A stretch of DNA of 64,000 nt. It comes from Clostridia bacterium (lineage in GTDB: Bacteria; Bacillota; Clostridia; CAKSNL01; HGM11501). The notes under the pieces are model-generated. The model saw only the letters and a list, made by a program, of their open reading frames with translations. It searched no databases and was not told the origin of the DNA. A program made the position numbers and the translations under genes. The DNA lies in the NCBI GenBank assembly GCA_045545475.1, contig JAZQAZ010000014.1, positions 14,404 to 78,403 on the forward strand. The letters run 5' to 3'. Positions 1 through 8,989 of this stretch are shown here, piece after piece. Numbering within the stretch: the first letter of the stretch is position 1; every line of letters begins with the position of its first letter.

Positions 1-569
1 TGGAAATAGTTAGGACTTAAATTTACTTCTCTGGCAATATCGGAAAGCTTTATCTGCCTGCTGCAATTGTTCTTTATAAAGCTTTGAGCCTGAGCGGTAA
101 TTGCACGTTTATAGGATTGCGTTTTCTGAGAGTTCATTGCTTCTTCAATCAACAAGGATATGTAGGTTAAAAGCTTTCCCTGAAGCAGAATTTCGTTATC
201 CTCCTTTGAGGCGTGAAGAGTTATTATTTCATCAAGCAAGGACAAAATTTCAAAAGAGCGATTCATATTAAAATATCGGGGAACAGAAGAAAGCATTTCT
301 ATAATCTTTCCTTCTGCCCGAAACTTAATATATTTTGCTTTGAAAGGAAGTTCGCTGTTTCTGACATCTCCGGGTAAAGAAAGGAAAACATGGTTTTTTC
401 GTATGGGAAAAGCCTCATTGTTTAAGAAAATATTTTTTCCATCTTCTAAAAAATGCTCTACCTCAACCATGGTGCACCTCCGCTTGGGCGTTACTTTTGC
501 GGAAGAAAAAAGACTGCTGTCGTAATATCCGCACATTAAGAGTTCGGGTAATATTAATTCGCTTGACAT
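1..569 (-). CDS. AraC-family transcriptional regulator (3' end runs off the window)
   Basis: Not in the ORF track; read manually. AGGAGG RBS then ATG at 569, open to the window edge: MSSELILPELLMCGYYD...AQSFIKNNCSRQIKLSDIAREVNLSPNYF, which is the start of the AraC HTH. Confidence 0.85.
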   Translation of the reverse strand, partial: MSSELILPELLMCGYYDSSLFSSAKVTPKRRCTMVEVEHFLEDGKNIFLNNEAFPIRKNHVFLSLPGDVRNSELPFKAKYIKFRAEGKIIEMLSSVPRYFNMNRSFEILSLLDEIITLHASKEDNEILLQGKLLTYISLLIEEAMNSQKTQSYKRAITAQAQSFIKNNCSRQIKLSDIAREVNLSPNYF

Positions 570-625
570 AATGTCCTCCTTAAACCTAATCGTAAGATTT
601 TATAAAAATAAAGTTTTATTTTATA

Positions 626-686
626 TTGAATAAATTTTGGCAAAGCTTTATAATTAGGGTATAACACCTTTATTCGTAAAAGTCAA
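626..686. promoter_or_regulatory. Face-to-face divergent sigma-A promoters between the AraC gene and the CAZyme operon
   Basis: Plus strand: TTGAAT(626-631)-17-TATAAT(649-654). Minus strand: TTGACT(686-681)-17-TATACC(663-658) with a TG extension. Confidence 0.55.
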
Positions 687-714
687 GAGGAAAGAGAAAT
701 ATTATAAAAATATA

Positions 715-2136
715 ATGGCAGGAAGTGGGAAAATGGAAAGATTAAAAAAGCTCGGAACACTTAGATGCGTTTCATCAATAGAGGTATCAGAGTCACCTAT
801 GGGCCTTGGAATGGAAAAGCTTGACCGTGATGCCTTCGATCCCGAAAAAGTATATGATAAAGTGGCATCCCTTGGCGTCAAATGGATAAGAATACAGTCG
901 GGATGGCAAAAGACAGAGAAAAAAGAGGGCGTTTATGATTTTTCCTGGCTTGACAGTCAGGTTGATAACCTTATTTCCCGTGGTCTTAAACCCTGGCTTT
1001 GCCTTTGCTATGGGAACTCCTTGTATGACGATCTGGCAAAAGAATATTACGGTGCCGTTGGTTGCCCTCCCATAAGAACTAAAAAAGCATATGATGCGTG
1101 GCTTCGTTATGTGGGTGAAACCGCACGACACTTTAAAGGTAGAATAGAGTACTACGAAATATGGAACGAGCCTGAAGGGGGATGGACCTGGAGACCACAT
1201 CCAAATCCTTTGGAATATACGGAGTTTGCTGTAAAGACAGGTAAGGTTATAAAAGAAAATGACGAATCAGCCAAAGTTTTGACAGGCTCGCACTATGAGG
1301 ATTCCTTGTCTGCTTTCAATGAAGAATTTGCATCGGGAATATTGGAGGTTACAGACGGGGTTACATATCACTCCTATAATTATGACGAAAGCACTTCCAT
1401 GCAGAAAGCAAAGGCTATAAAGGCTTTGGCTGAAAGCTATGGTAAGGACATAGATGTTATTCAGGGGGAGATGGGGTCTCAATCCAAAAGCGGAGGAAAC
1501 GGTGCTCTTAACTGGGTAAGGACAAACCCCGATATGCAGACAAAATATCTTCTTCGTCACATTGTGGGTGAAATAATGTCGGGAGTTTTGTTTACATCGG
1601 TATTTTCAGCCGTTGATATGGCAGAAAACCTTGATGCAAAAGCAGATGGGCCTATAACTACCTGCGGATATTTCGGTCTGCTCGGTGCGGAATTTGACAG
1701 CAAAACGGGAACTTTGGTTGGCGATTATTATGAAAAGCCATCCTATTATGCATTCCGAAATCTTTGTGCACTCTTTAACGGGAAAATAACACCTGCATAC
1801 ATTCCTTCCATATTCACACCGGGAAGGTCAATAAGAATAGATGGTTTTGATACCCCTACAAAGGAAATAATTTCAGGCGGTCTTTCAAAAGAAAACGGAG
1901 CAAAGGCTTTTTGCTACTGGAATTCTACAAATCTTGTAACCTGCCACGGCTTTGAAGGAAGTGCTACATTTGAACTTTCGGGAGTTTCGGGAGAAGTAAG
2001 ACTTATTGACCCTATGGACGGCTCAATTTACGAAATCGGCGAAAAAATCATGCAGGATAAGGGAAACGGACTTTTTAAGTTCACCAATATTCCTGTCAAG
2101 GACTATCCTCTTATTATTACTTTCGGGGAGTTTTAA
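715..2136 (+). CDS. Clan GH-A glycoside hydrolase (GH39/GH5-like), cytoplasmic
   Basis: LGVKWIRIQSGW...GVYDFSWLD, acid/base YEIWNEP, TYHSY, probable nucleophile IQGEMG. No signal peptide. Alternative start at 733. Confidence 0.75.
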   Translation: MAGSGKMERLKKLGTLRCVSSIEVSESPMGLGMEKLDRDAFDPEKVYDKVASLGVKWIRIQSGWQKTEKKEGVYDFSWLDSQVDNLISRGLKPWLCLCYGNSLYDDLAKEYYGAVGCPPIRTKKAYDAWLRYVGETARHFKGRIEYYEIWNEPEGGWTWRPHPNPLEYTEFAVKTGKVIKENDESAKVLTGSHYEDSLSAFNEEFASGILEVTDGVTYHSYNYDESTSMQKAKAIKALAESYGKDIDVIQGEMGSQSKSGGNGALNWVRTNPDMQTKYLLRHIVGEIMSGVLFTSVFSAVDMAENLDAKADGPITTCGYFGLLGAEFDSKTGTLVGDYYEKPSYYAFRNLCALFNGKITPAYIPSIFTPGRSIRIDGFDTPTKEIISGGLSKENGAKAFCYWNSTNLVTCHGFEGSATFELSGVSGEVRLIDPMDGSIYEIGEKIMQDKGNGLFKFTNIPVKDYPLIITFGEF

Positions 2137-2138
2137 TT

Positions 2139-3521
2139 ATGAAGATTAATTACGGACTTTTAAACGGTGCGGTTTTGCAAAGAGATGAAAATGGTTTTTG
2201 CAAGTGCATTTTTGGGGCAGAAGCTTTTGGAGAAATAAAAACTTCTTTGGGGAAATTTGAAAAGATTAATGAAAATGCTTATATCCTTTCCGGCATCCCC
2301 ATAGGTGGACCTTATGAAATAATTATATCGGACGATAAGGAAAGCTTAACACTTTCTGATATCTATGTGGGAGATTTATGGCTTTTAGCAGGTCAGTCCA
2401 ATATGGAAGGGGCAGGAAAACACAGAGGAAAATATAAGCTCTACGATGAAAATCCCCTTGCAGATGTCCGCGCCTACTATATGAACGAAAGCTGGGGTGC
2501 GGCAAAAACACAGCTTCACCAGCTTTGGGAATCTATAGATGAATGCATAAGGGCTCCTTACAGAAACTATAGAAAAAAATCTCCTTGGGGAGAAGAATTC
2601 CCAAAGGTGCAAACTGACGGAGTGGGTCCCGGATTATATTTTGCTCTTGAAATGAGAAAGCTGACAGAGGGTGTGCCTCAGGGAGTTATACCCTGCGGTG
2701 TCGGTGGGTCAAACTTAAAGCAATGGGATCCCGATGGGGTTGATAATCTCTATAGTGCTGCAAAACGCCGTGTTAAAGAATGCGGAAGCTACATAAAGGG
2801 CGTTTTCTGGCATCAGGGTGAGTCTCAGACCGACATACCGGGAATAGAAAGCTTTATAAGCGATATGAAAAAGCTTGTTTCGGGAATGAGAAGGGACTTC
2901 TGTGATGAAAAACTTCCCTTTGTAGAGGTGCAGATAAATAAATTTGTGGCGTGCTACAGCGATATTCCATGGAGCAGAACCAGAGAATTGCAACGAATAC
3001 TTGAAAACTACATAGATAATCTTATAACGGTTTATTCTGTTGATCTGGAATTGGATGACCTTATTCATCTTTCGAGCGAATCTCACGAGATACTCGGATT
3101 TAGGGCGGCAGAAGCTATGAATTATCTGATTACAGGAAAAGGCGAGGCGTCTCCCTCCTTTGATTCCTTTGAAATTGTGGAAGATGACTTTGTACCCTTT
3201 CGTTCAAATATCCGTGTTAATTTCAAAAACATCAAAGGGGAACTTACTTCCCTTGGAGTACCGTCCGGATTTTCAATTCACGAAAAGGAAGACGGTGCAC
3301 CCCTTCGTGCTGTTTCAAGGCTTTGTCTTGAAGGAGATTCTGTAAGAATTAAAACGGAAATAGATGCTGAAAAGCTGAGCGAATGTTATATATGCTATGG
3401 ATTCGGCAACAGCTTTTACTGTAATATTACAGATACCGGGAGAAGAAGCATTCCTGCATTCGGACCTCTTAAAATAAAAGATTTTTTGAAAAAGGAGAAA
3501 GACTATGGAAGCAATTTATAA
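2139..3521 (+). CDS. Sialate O-acetylesterase (SASA)-domain carbohydrate acetylesterase
   Basis: VGDLWLLAGQSNMEG (catalytic Ser), FWHQGES, DLIH (DxxH). Confidence 0.8.
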   Translation: MKINYGLLNGAVLQRDENGFCKCIFGAEAFGEIKTSLGKFEKINENAYILSGIPIGGPYEIIISDDKESLTLSDIYVGDLWLLAGQSNMEGAGKHRGKYKLYDENPLADVRAYYMNESWGAAKTQLHQLWESIDECIRAPYRNYRKKSPWGEEFPKVQTDGVGPGLYFALEMRKLTEGVPQGVIPCGVGGSNLKQWDPDGVDNLYSAAKRRVKECGSYIKGVFWHQGESQTDIPGIESFISDMKKLVSGMRRDFCDEKLPFVEVQINKFVACYSDIPWSRTRELQRILENYIDNLITVYSVDLELDDLIHLSSESHEILGFRAAEAMNYLITGKGEASPSFDSFEIVEDDFVPFRSNIRVNFKNIKGELTSLGVPSGFSIHEKEDGAPLRAVSRLCLEGDSVRIKTEIDAEKLSECYICYGFGNSFYCNITDTGRRSIPAFGPLKIKDFLKKEKDYGSNL

Positions 3522-5127
3522 AAAGGGTATAAAGTTTTCCGGCAACACCTATTATAAAGCCGATAAGGCTCGCTATGACATTTATTACGAAGATTGCATA
3601 TACACCCAAGATAAAGTGTATTTTTCCTATACCAAATATGAAGGCGAGCCTATGGCGGTGGGCTTCTTTCTGGAAAATTTAGAAAATGTAACTCTTGATT
3701 TTAACGGGGCAACCCTGGTTTTTCACGGAAGGATAATTCCCTTTATAATCAATAACTGCAAAAATGTAAAACTTAAAAATGTTAAAATAGATTACGACCG
3801 ACCATTCTATACTCAGGGCAAGGTAATTGAGTGCGGTGAAGGTCGTATGAAGATAAAAATAGACGAAGGCTTCAGGTACAGAGTGGAGGACGGATTTCTT
3901 TATGCGGTAAGCGATATCTGGGAGAAAAAGCTTAATTATAACGATTGTCTTCTCTGGCTTTACGACAGTACCGGCGTAAAAGAATATCCCATAATTTTAG
4001 GTTTGTTCGGCCCTGAAATATTCCCCTGTGAAAAACCGCCCCTTCCCATAAGACAGATTTTAGTTGAAGAAGACGGGGAATACCTGATACTTAAAGGGAA
4101 TTTCCCAGAAAGATGGGAAGCAAATGAAGGCAACAACAGCCTTTTATTCACCCACGAGGTGCGTGATAAGTGTACTGTAATTGTGGTAAATTCGGAGGAT
4201 ACCTTCATCGAAGACTTCATCATTATCCACGGTGCTTCCTACGGAGTTATGGGTATGAACTGCAAGAATATGTACTTCGATAACTACAGTATGTACATTA
4301 ATTATGAGGGTAACGGAAGACTTGTAACCAACAATGCTGACGGTATTCATATATTCAACTGTAAGGGTGAGTTTGTGCTTAAAAATTCCCATATGGAAGG
4401 TCTGCTTGACGATACGGTTAACATCCATAATAATTATATAAAGGTAATGAACTTTGAAGGAAAGAAACTTGTATGTAAATTCGTGGGAAAGAACGTGAAA
4501 ATTGATTGCCCCATATTTGTTAAAGGAGACCGCATTGCAATATATCGGGGCAGAACTCAGGAGAAAAGAGGAGAATACACCTTAGAGGATATTTTACTTG
4601 ATTCTGAAAACGAACAGTTTGTATTTACTCTGGATAAGGAAGTCGAGTACGTAGAGACCGGTGATATTGCAGAAAACCTTTCAAGTAATCCTACGATATT
4701 AATAGAAAATTGCAGGTTTGGTCGATTCAGAGGTACGATGCGCCTGCAAAGCCGAGCTAAAACCATAATAAGAAACTCAGTATTTGATAATAAAACCGAG
4801 TCCGTAATTTTTACCGGTGATACAACCTATTGGTATGAGTCGGGGCCGGTTAATGATTTTTTAATGGAAAACTGTAAATTGTTGAATACGGAATATTGTG
4901 CAAAAATTAATTTTTTAGGTGAAGTGGAATTTACAGACAAGGAACCATATTATCATAAAAATATAACAGTGAGAAATTGTTATTTTGATAAGGGTAGAAT
5001 CATTAATATAAACCACGTTGATAATTTCGTTTTTGAAGGAAATACTTCCTGCGGAGAAATGGAAATCTACGCAAGAGACTGCGGAAAATTAACCTCGGAC
5101 GAAAATGTAGTGGTTCACTATGAGTAA
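3505..5127 (+). CDS. Right-handed beta-helix glycosidase, GH110 (alpha-1,3-galactosidase)-like
   Basis: NVTLDFNGATLVFHG, IDYDRPFYTQG, NADGIH...GLLDDTVNIH, YWYESGPV motifs and parallel beta-helix repeats. Confidence 0.7.
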   Translation: MEAIYKKGIKFSGNTYYKADKARYDIYYEDCIYTQDKVYFSYTKYEGEPMAVGFFLENLENVTLDFNGATLVFHGRIIPFIINNCKNVKLKNVKIDYDRPFYTQGKVIECGEGRMKIKIDEGFRYRVEDGFLYAVSDIWEKKLNYNDCLLWLYDSTGVKEYPIILGLFGPEIFPCEKPPLPIRQILVEEDGEYLILKGNFPERWEANEGNNSLLFTHEVRDKCTVIVVNSEDTFIEDFIIIHGASYGVMGMNCKNMYFDNYSMYINYEGNGRLVTNNADGIHIFNCKGEFVLKNSHMEGLLDDTVNIHNNYIKVMNFEGKKLVCKFVGKNVKIDCPIFVKGDRIAIYRGRTQEKRGEYTLEDILLDSENEQFVFTLDKEVEYVETGDIAENLSSNPTILIENCRFGRFRGTMRLQSRAKTIIRNSVFDNKTESVIFTGDTTYWYESGPVNDFLMENCKLLNTEYCAKINFLGEVEFTDKEPYYHKNITVRNCYFDKGRIININHVDNFVFEGNTSCGEMEIYARDCGKLTSDENVVVHYE

Positions 5128-5129
5128 AC

Positions 5130-5162
5130 AAAAAACCGTCTTGCATTGCAGGACGGTTTTTT
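5130..5162 (+). terminator. Rho-independent terminator
   Basis: aaaaaaccgtcttgca-t-tgcaggacggtttttt hairpin with a T tract, right after the stop codon. Confidence 0.85.
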
Positions 5163-5173
5163 ATGCTAATTGG

Positions 5174-5203
5174 TTGACAAAGCATTTTCCCTCATGTTAA
5201 AAT
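5174..5203 (+). promoter_or_regulatory. sigma-A promoter of the ECF operon
   Basis: TTGACA(5174-5179)-18-TAAAAT(5198-5203) with an extended TG. Confidence 0.65.
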
Positions 5204-5223
5204 AAAACAGAAGAAAATAATAT

Positions 5224-5294
5224 TTGCATTTAAGTTTGAATTTTTGAAAAAAGTTCAAACTTAAATGCAACCTTTCCCGATTCTCGTTTGTATT
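5224..5294 (+). promoter_or_regulatory. 17-bp perfect inverted repeat overlapping a putative ECF autoregulatory promoter
   Basis: ttgcatttaagtttgaa(5224-5240)...ttcaaacttaaatgcaa(5254-5270). TGCAAC(5266-5271)-17-TGTATT(5289-5294) resembles SigV/SigW-type promoters. Confidence 0.6.
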
Positions 5295-5317
5295 ATACAT
5301 GAAGGGAGGAAATTCCT

Positions 5318-5809
5318 ATGCAAAAAACGGTCTGCGCAGACGTTTTTAAGCATGATATGACCAATAAATACTTCGATATGGTATACCGTCTGGCCTTAAA
5401 CCAGATGAAGGATAAACACATGGCCGAAGATGTGACTCAGGATGTATTCGTAAAATACATAAATTCCGACAAGGATTTTGAAAGTGAAGAACACGTTAAA
5501 GCGTGGCTCATAAGGGTTACGGTAAATATGTGCAAAAATGTGTTCAATTCAGCATGGTATAAAAAATCGGCACCGCTTGAGGAAGATATTCCGGAGGAAG
5601 AAAAAGAAATAAGCGACTTGTATGAAGAAGTTTTAAAGCTTCCTAAAAAATATAAGGCGGTAATCCACCTCTTTTACTACGAGGATATGCCGATAGCGGA
5701 TATTGCAGCATGCCTTGGCGAAAAGGAATCCACCATAAAAAGCCAGCTTCATAGAGCGAGGGAAATACTTAAAAAAACGCTGAAAGGAGGATGCGACTAT
5801 GAATTTTAA
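5318..5809 (+). CDS. ECF-type RNA polymerase sigma factor (SigV-like)
   Basis: AEDVTQDVF and HVKAWLIRVTVN (region 2); LPKKYKAVIHLFYYEDMPIADIA...TIKSQLHRAR (region 4). GGAGG RBS. Confidence 0.92.
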   Translation: MQKTVCADVFKHDMTNKYFDMVYRLALNQMKDKHMAEDVTQDVFVKYINSDKDFESEEHVKAWLIRVTVNMCKNVFNSAWYKKSAPLEEDIPEEEKEISDLYEEVLKLPKKYKAVIHLFYYEDMPIADIAACLGEKESTIKSQLHRAREILKKTLKGGCDYEF

Positions 5810-6809
5810 GGAAAGCTATAAAAAAGCAAATGACGAAATTACAGGAGACAGAGCACTTCTTGATAAAATATTAACTACTCCGGTAAAAGAAAAAAAGAAA
5901 ATTTCACCGATTGTCTACAGGTTTGCATCCTGTGCGGCGGCGATATTACTGGTGGGTGCGATAATACTGATGCCTGAAATGAAAGAAAAGTTTATTACAG
6001 AAGAAAAAGCAAACGCAAGCGAAGAAGCCAAAGAAGAAGCTTCTGCAACTATCCTGGCAGATGTTGCGGAAGAAACGGAAGAAGTATATGAAGAGGCATA
6101 TGACGGTCATACAAGCGTTGAAACGGAAACAAATGAGAAAACTAAAACTACTGTAAAAAAAGAAAAAGCGGCAGAAACTTCTGAGAGCGTGGTGGCTACA
6201 GAAAATTACGCAAACGAAGAAGCGACAAATTCTGCACTTACGGAAGATGGGGTTGAGGCTGCATCTGATGAAACAGCCTTCAGCATATATTCTCGCAATG
6301 ACGAGGAAGATTTTGGAAAAGCAGAGGGACTGAAGGGGGCAGAAACTTCAGCAGCATCTGAGGAAGTGCAACCTTCGGAATCGGCAGAGCCTAAGATTAA
6401 ATTATCTTCGGGCGGAAGCGGAGGAGGTTCTTCAGCAAGAAGTGCGGCGGTGTATGACGATAGCGAGGATGCTGACGTCTTAAGCGTTTCCGATATAATT
6501 GGTCATATAGGAATAAACGAAAATAGTCTTGTGCCATTAAACATGACACTTATTAATTCAGAAGTATCTTATTTTGAATTTTCTCCCGAGGGAAATATTA
6601 CGGCATATGAGATAAATATGGTTTTCGAGCAGAATGATGCAAAATTGATTATTCGCCTTACGGATTCTGCAACGCCTCTTGAATTTAATGTGGCGGGGGA
6701 TGCAGGGATGATTTCGGCGTCGAAAACCATTGGTAAAACTGATATTTTTATAACGGCATACAATCTTACTTTTGAAGATGTGGAAAACTACGTAAACAGC
6801 ATAGCTTAA
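5799..6809 (+). CDS. Probable membrane-bound anti-sigma factor
   Basis: Overlaps the sigma gene. Short cytoplasmic N-terminus, one TM helix (FASCAAAILLVGAIILM), long acidic Glu/Ala-rich extracellular region. Confidence 0.7.
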   Translation: MNFKESYKKANDEITGDRALLDKILTTPVKEKKKISPIVYRFASCAAAILLVGAIILMPEMKEKFITEEKANASEEAKEEASATILADVAEETEEVYEEAYDGHTSVETETNEKTKTTVKKEKAAETSESVVATENYANEEATNSALTEDGVEAASDETAFSIYSRNDEEDFGKAEGLKGAETSAASEEVQPSESAEPKIKLSSGGSGGGSSARSAAVYDDSEDADVLSVSDIIGHIGINENSLVPLNMTLINSEVSYFEFSPEGNITAYEINMVFEQNDAKLIIRLTDSATPLEFNVAGDAGMISASKTIGKTDIFITAYNLTFEDVENYVNSIA

Positions 6810-6821
6810 GGAGGCGTTGGT

Positions 6822-8861
6822 ATGAAAAGAATAATGTCATTGTTACTCATATTTGCACTTGTTTTTTCCGTAACGGCTTTTGCCGAGGAAAACGAAAATA
6901 TGAAGGAAGTGCTTATGTCTGTAAAGGAAAGAATTCCGGATACGGAGGAGTTTGAAAACTTCGAAAGTACGGAAAGAACGAGGAACGGCATTACAACCTA
7001 TACCTTTATGTGGTATAATTCCGGTGAGGACTACAGGGAAATGTCGGTAAGGGCAACGGAGAGCGGGCTTATTACAAGCTATAACTTCTACAAAAACGAA
7101 AAGTATGAAACTAAACCTTCTATAAATAAGCCGGAAACAAAGGACTTTCTGGAAAAGGCAAAGGAGCTTTCAAGAAAAATGAATCCTTCCGTAAGCGACA
7201 AAATTGAGGTGAGCGTAAGAAGCGGATATGAAAGCTTATATGACAGGGAGTATTCATTTATCCTTACGCACAAAGAAAACGGAATACCTGTTTACGGAAA
7301 CACAGGAAGCCTTACCATTGCCTCCGACGGTGAAACGCTTACAAACTATTATATAAATTACACAGAGGGAGTCCCTTATCAAAAGCCCGATAAGGCAATC
7401 AATCGTGAAGAAGCCGAAAAAGCCTATGCTTCGGAAATAGGAATGAATCTTGAATACCGCACGGAGTATGAAGAAAGAGAACGCAGGGTTTACCTTTCAT
7501 ATCTTCCCGAAAGAACCTACGGCGTATATATTGACGCCTTTACGGGAAAGGCAATTGAGCCTGGCGAAGCCACTGTGGAAACCTTCGGTACGATAACGGA
7601 AGAATCAGCGGCAGCAGACAAAGGCGTGGGAGGAACCAATTCCGCAAACCGCTTTTCCGAGGCGGAGCTTAAGGAATTTGCAAAGCTTGAAAACTTGATT
7701 TCAAAGGAAAAGGCGGAAAAAATCATAAGAGACCTTAAGGTTTTAAGAGATGATAAGGCAACACTTAAAAATATTTCTACAAGCCGTGACTATTACGACG
7801 AAGAAAAGTATTACTATTCATTAAGCTTTGAGGGCGAAAACTATTATTATGCAAGTGCAAAAATAGATGCCGTAACCGGTAAGGTATTAAACTTCTATCA
7901 GGATTCCGATTATAAAGAAGTTTCCGAAGAAGACAAGGAAGAAATGGAAAAGAAAATAAACGGCTATCTTGCACTTCTATGCCCCGGTGAAACAGGCGAT
8001 GACAAAGAATACAGAATGACAGGCGAAAATGGAAATATCACAAGCAGCAATTACACACGTTATGTCAATGATATTCCTTATGGTAACGACAGAATCAGAA
8101 TTGAAGTAAGCGGTTCTGACGGCAGCTTAAGAAGCTATTCTTATACAAAAACAGATTTGGAATTTCCGTCTCCCGAGGGAATAATAACAGAAGATGTTGC
8201 CGCAGAAAAAATGTTTGACTTAACAGAATATAAAATGTATTACTATCCCGTAACGGGCGATGATGGCAAAATAAAGGGAAGCTTCCTTTTATATATGCTT
8301 GAAGAGTCTGTGGAAATCGATGCGTTTACAGGAGAAAGAATCCTTGGTTATGAAGTCCTGGAAATCCCGGAGTATACAGACATCAAAGGACACTTTGCCG
8401 AAGAAGCAATAACTGTGCTTAAGAAGTTTGGTATAGGCTTTGCAGAAAGCGAATTCCGCCCAGATGAAATAATCACACAGAAGGATTTTATAAGCCTTCT
8501 TACATATGTGGTGAAGAGACGCTCGACAATTATTCTTGCCAAGGAATACGATGCGGAAGACACATATAACAGTGCTTATAATTATGAAATCCTTACGAAA
8601 GCAGAAAGAAAAGACGATTCAGAGGTAAGAAGAGTTGATGCGGCTGTTTATTTTATCAGAGCACTTGAACTGGAAGAAGTTGCATCGCTTCCCGGAATAT
8701 ATAACTGTCCGTTTAATGATGTTTCCGACAAGACAGGATATGTGAGCATCCTTTACGGACTTGGTGTAGTCAATGGTGACGGAACAGGATTGTTCTATCC
8801 CGAAAAGGGAGTGACTCGCGGTGAAGCCGCAGTTATGATTTATAACTACTTGTCAAGATAA
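6822..8861 (+). CDS. Secreted S-layer-homology (SLH) protein with PepSY/YcdB-YcdC-like repeats
   Basis: Signal peptide (...SVTAFA), repeated IDAxTG motifs, C-terminal SLH motifs (YTDIKGHFAEEAI, FRPDEIIT, FYPEKGVTRGEAAVMIY). Confidence 0.8.
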   Translation: MKRIMSLLLIFALVFSVTAFAEENENMKEVLMSVKERIPDTEEFENFESTERTRNGITTYTFMWYNSGEDYREMSVRATESGLITSYNFYKNEKYETKPSINKPETKDFLEKAKELSRKMNPSVSDKIEVSVRSGYESLYDREYSFILTHKENGIPVYGNTGSLTIASDGETLTNYYINYTEGVPYQKPDKAINREEAEKAYASEIGMNLEYRTEYEERERRVYLSYLPERTYGVYIDAFTGKAIEPGEATVETFGTITEESAAADKGVGGTNSANRFSEAELKEFAKLENLISKEKAEKIIRDLKVLRDDKATLKNISTSRDYYDEEKYYYSLSFEGENYYYASAKIDAVTGKVLNFYQDSDYKEVSEEDKEEMEKKINGYLALLCPGETGDDKEYRMTGENGNITSSNYTRYVNDIPYGNDRIRIEVSGSDGSLRSYSYTKTDLEFPSPEGIITEDVAAEKMFDLTEYKMYYYPVTGDDGKIKGSFLLYMLEESVEIDAFTGERILGYEVLEIPEYTDIKGHFAEEAITVLKKFGIGFAESEFRPDEIITQKDFISLLTYVVKRRSTIILAKEYDAEDTYNSAYNYEILTKAERKDDSEVRRVDAAVYFIRALELEEVASLPGIYNCPFNDVSDKTGYVSILYGLGVVNGDGTGLFYPEKGVTRGEAAVMIYNYLSR

Positions 8862-8891
8862 GAACCATTCTCATATTGTTTTTCTCCTTAG

Positions 8892-8923
8892 AAAAAGGGA
8901 CGTGCTTGGCGCGTCCCTTTTTT
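8892..8923 (+). terminator. Rho-independent terminator
   Basis: aaaaagggacgtgc-ttg-gcgcgtccctttttt. Confidence 0.8.
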
Positions 8924-8924
8924 C

Positions 8925-8953
8925 TTGACTATACATGGGATTTATGGTAAAAT
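8925..8953 (+). promoter_or_regulatory. sigma-A promoter for the TIR-TPR / luxS operon
   Basis: TTGACT(8925-8930)-17-TAAAAT(8948-8953) with an extended TG. Confidence 0.65.
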
Positions 8954-8989
8954 GGCATGGGTTTACCTTAAGATAAAGGAGGGGTATTT

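Noticed and set aside
340-525. 61-aa plus-strand ORF
   Set aside because: It lies antisense to the AraC gene at 1-569.
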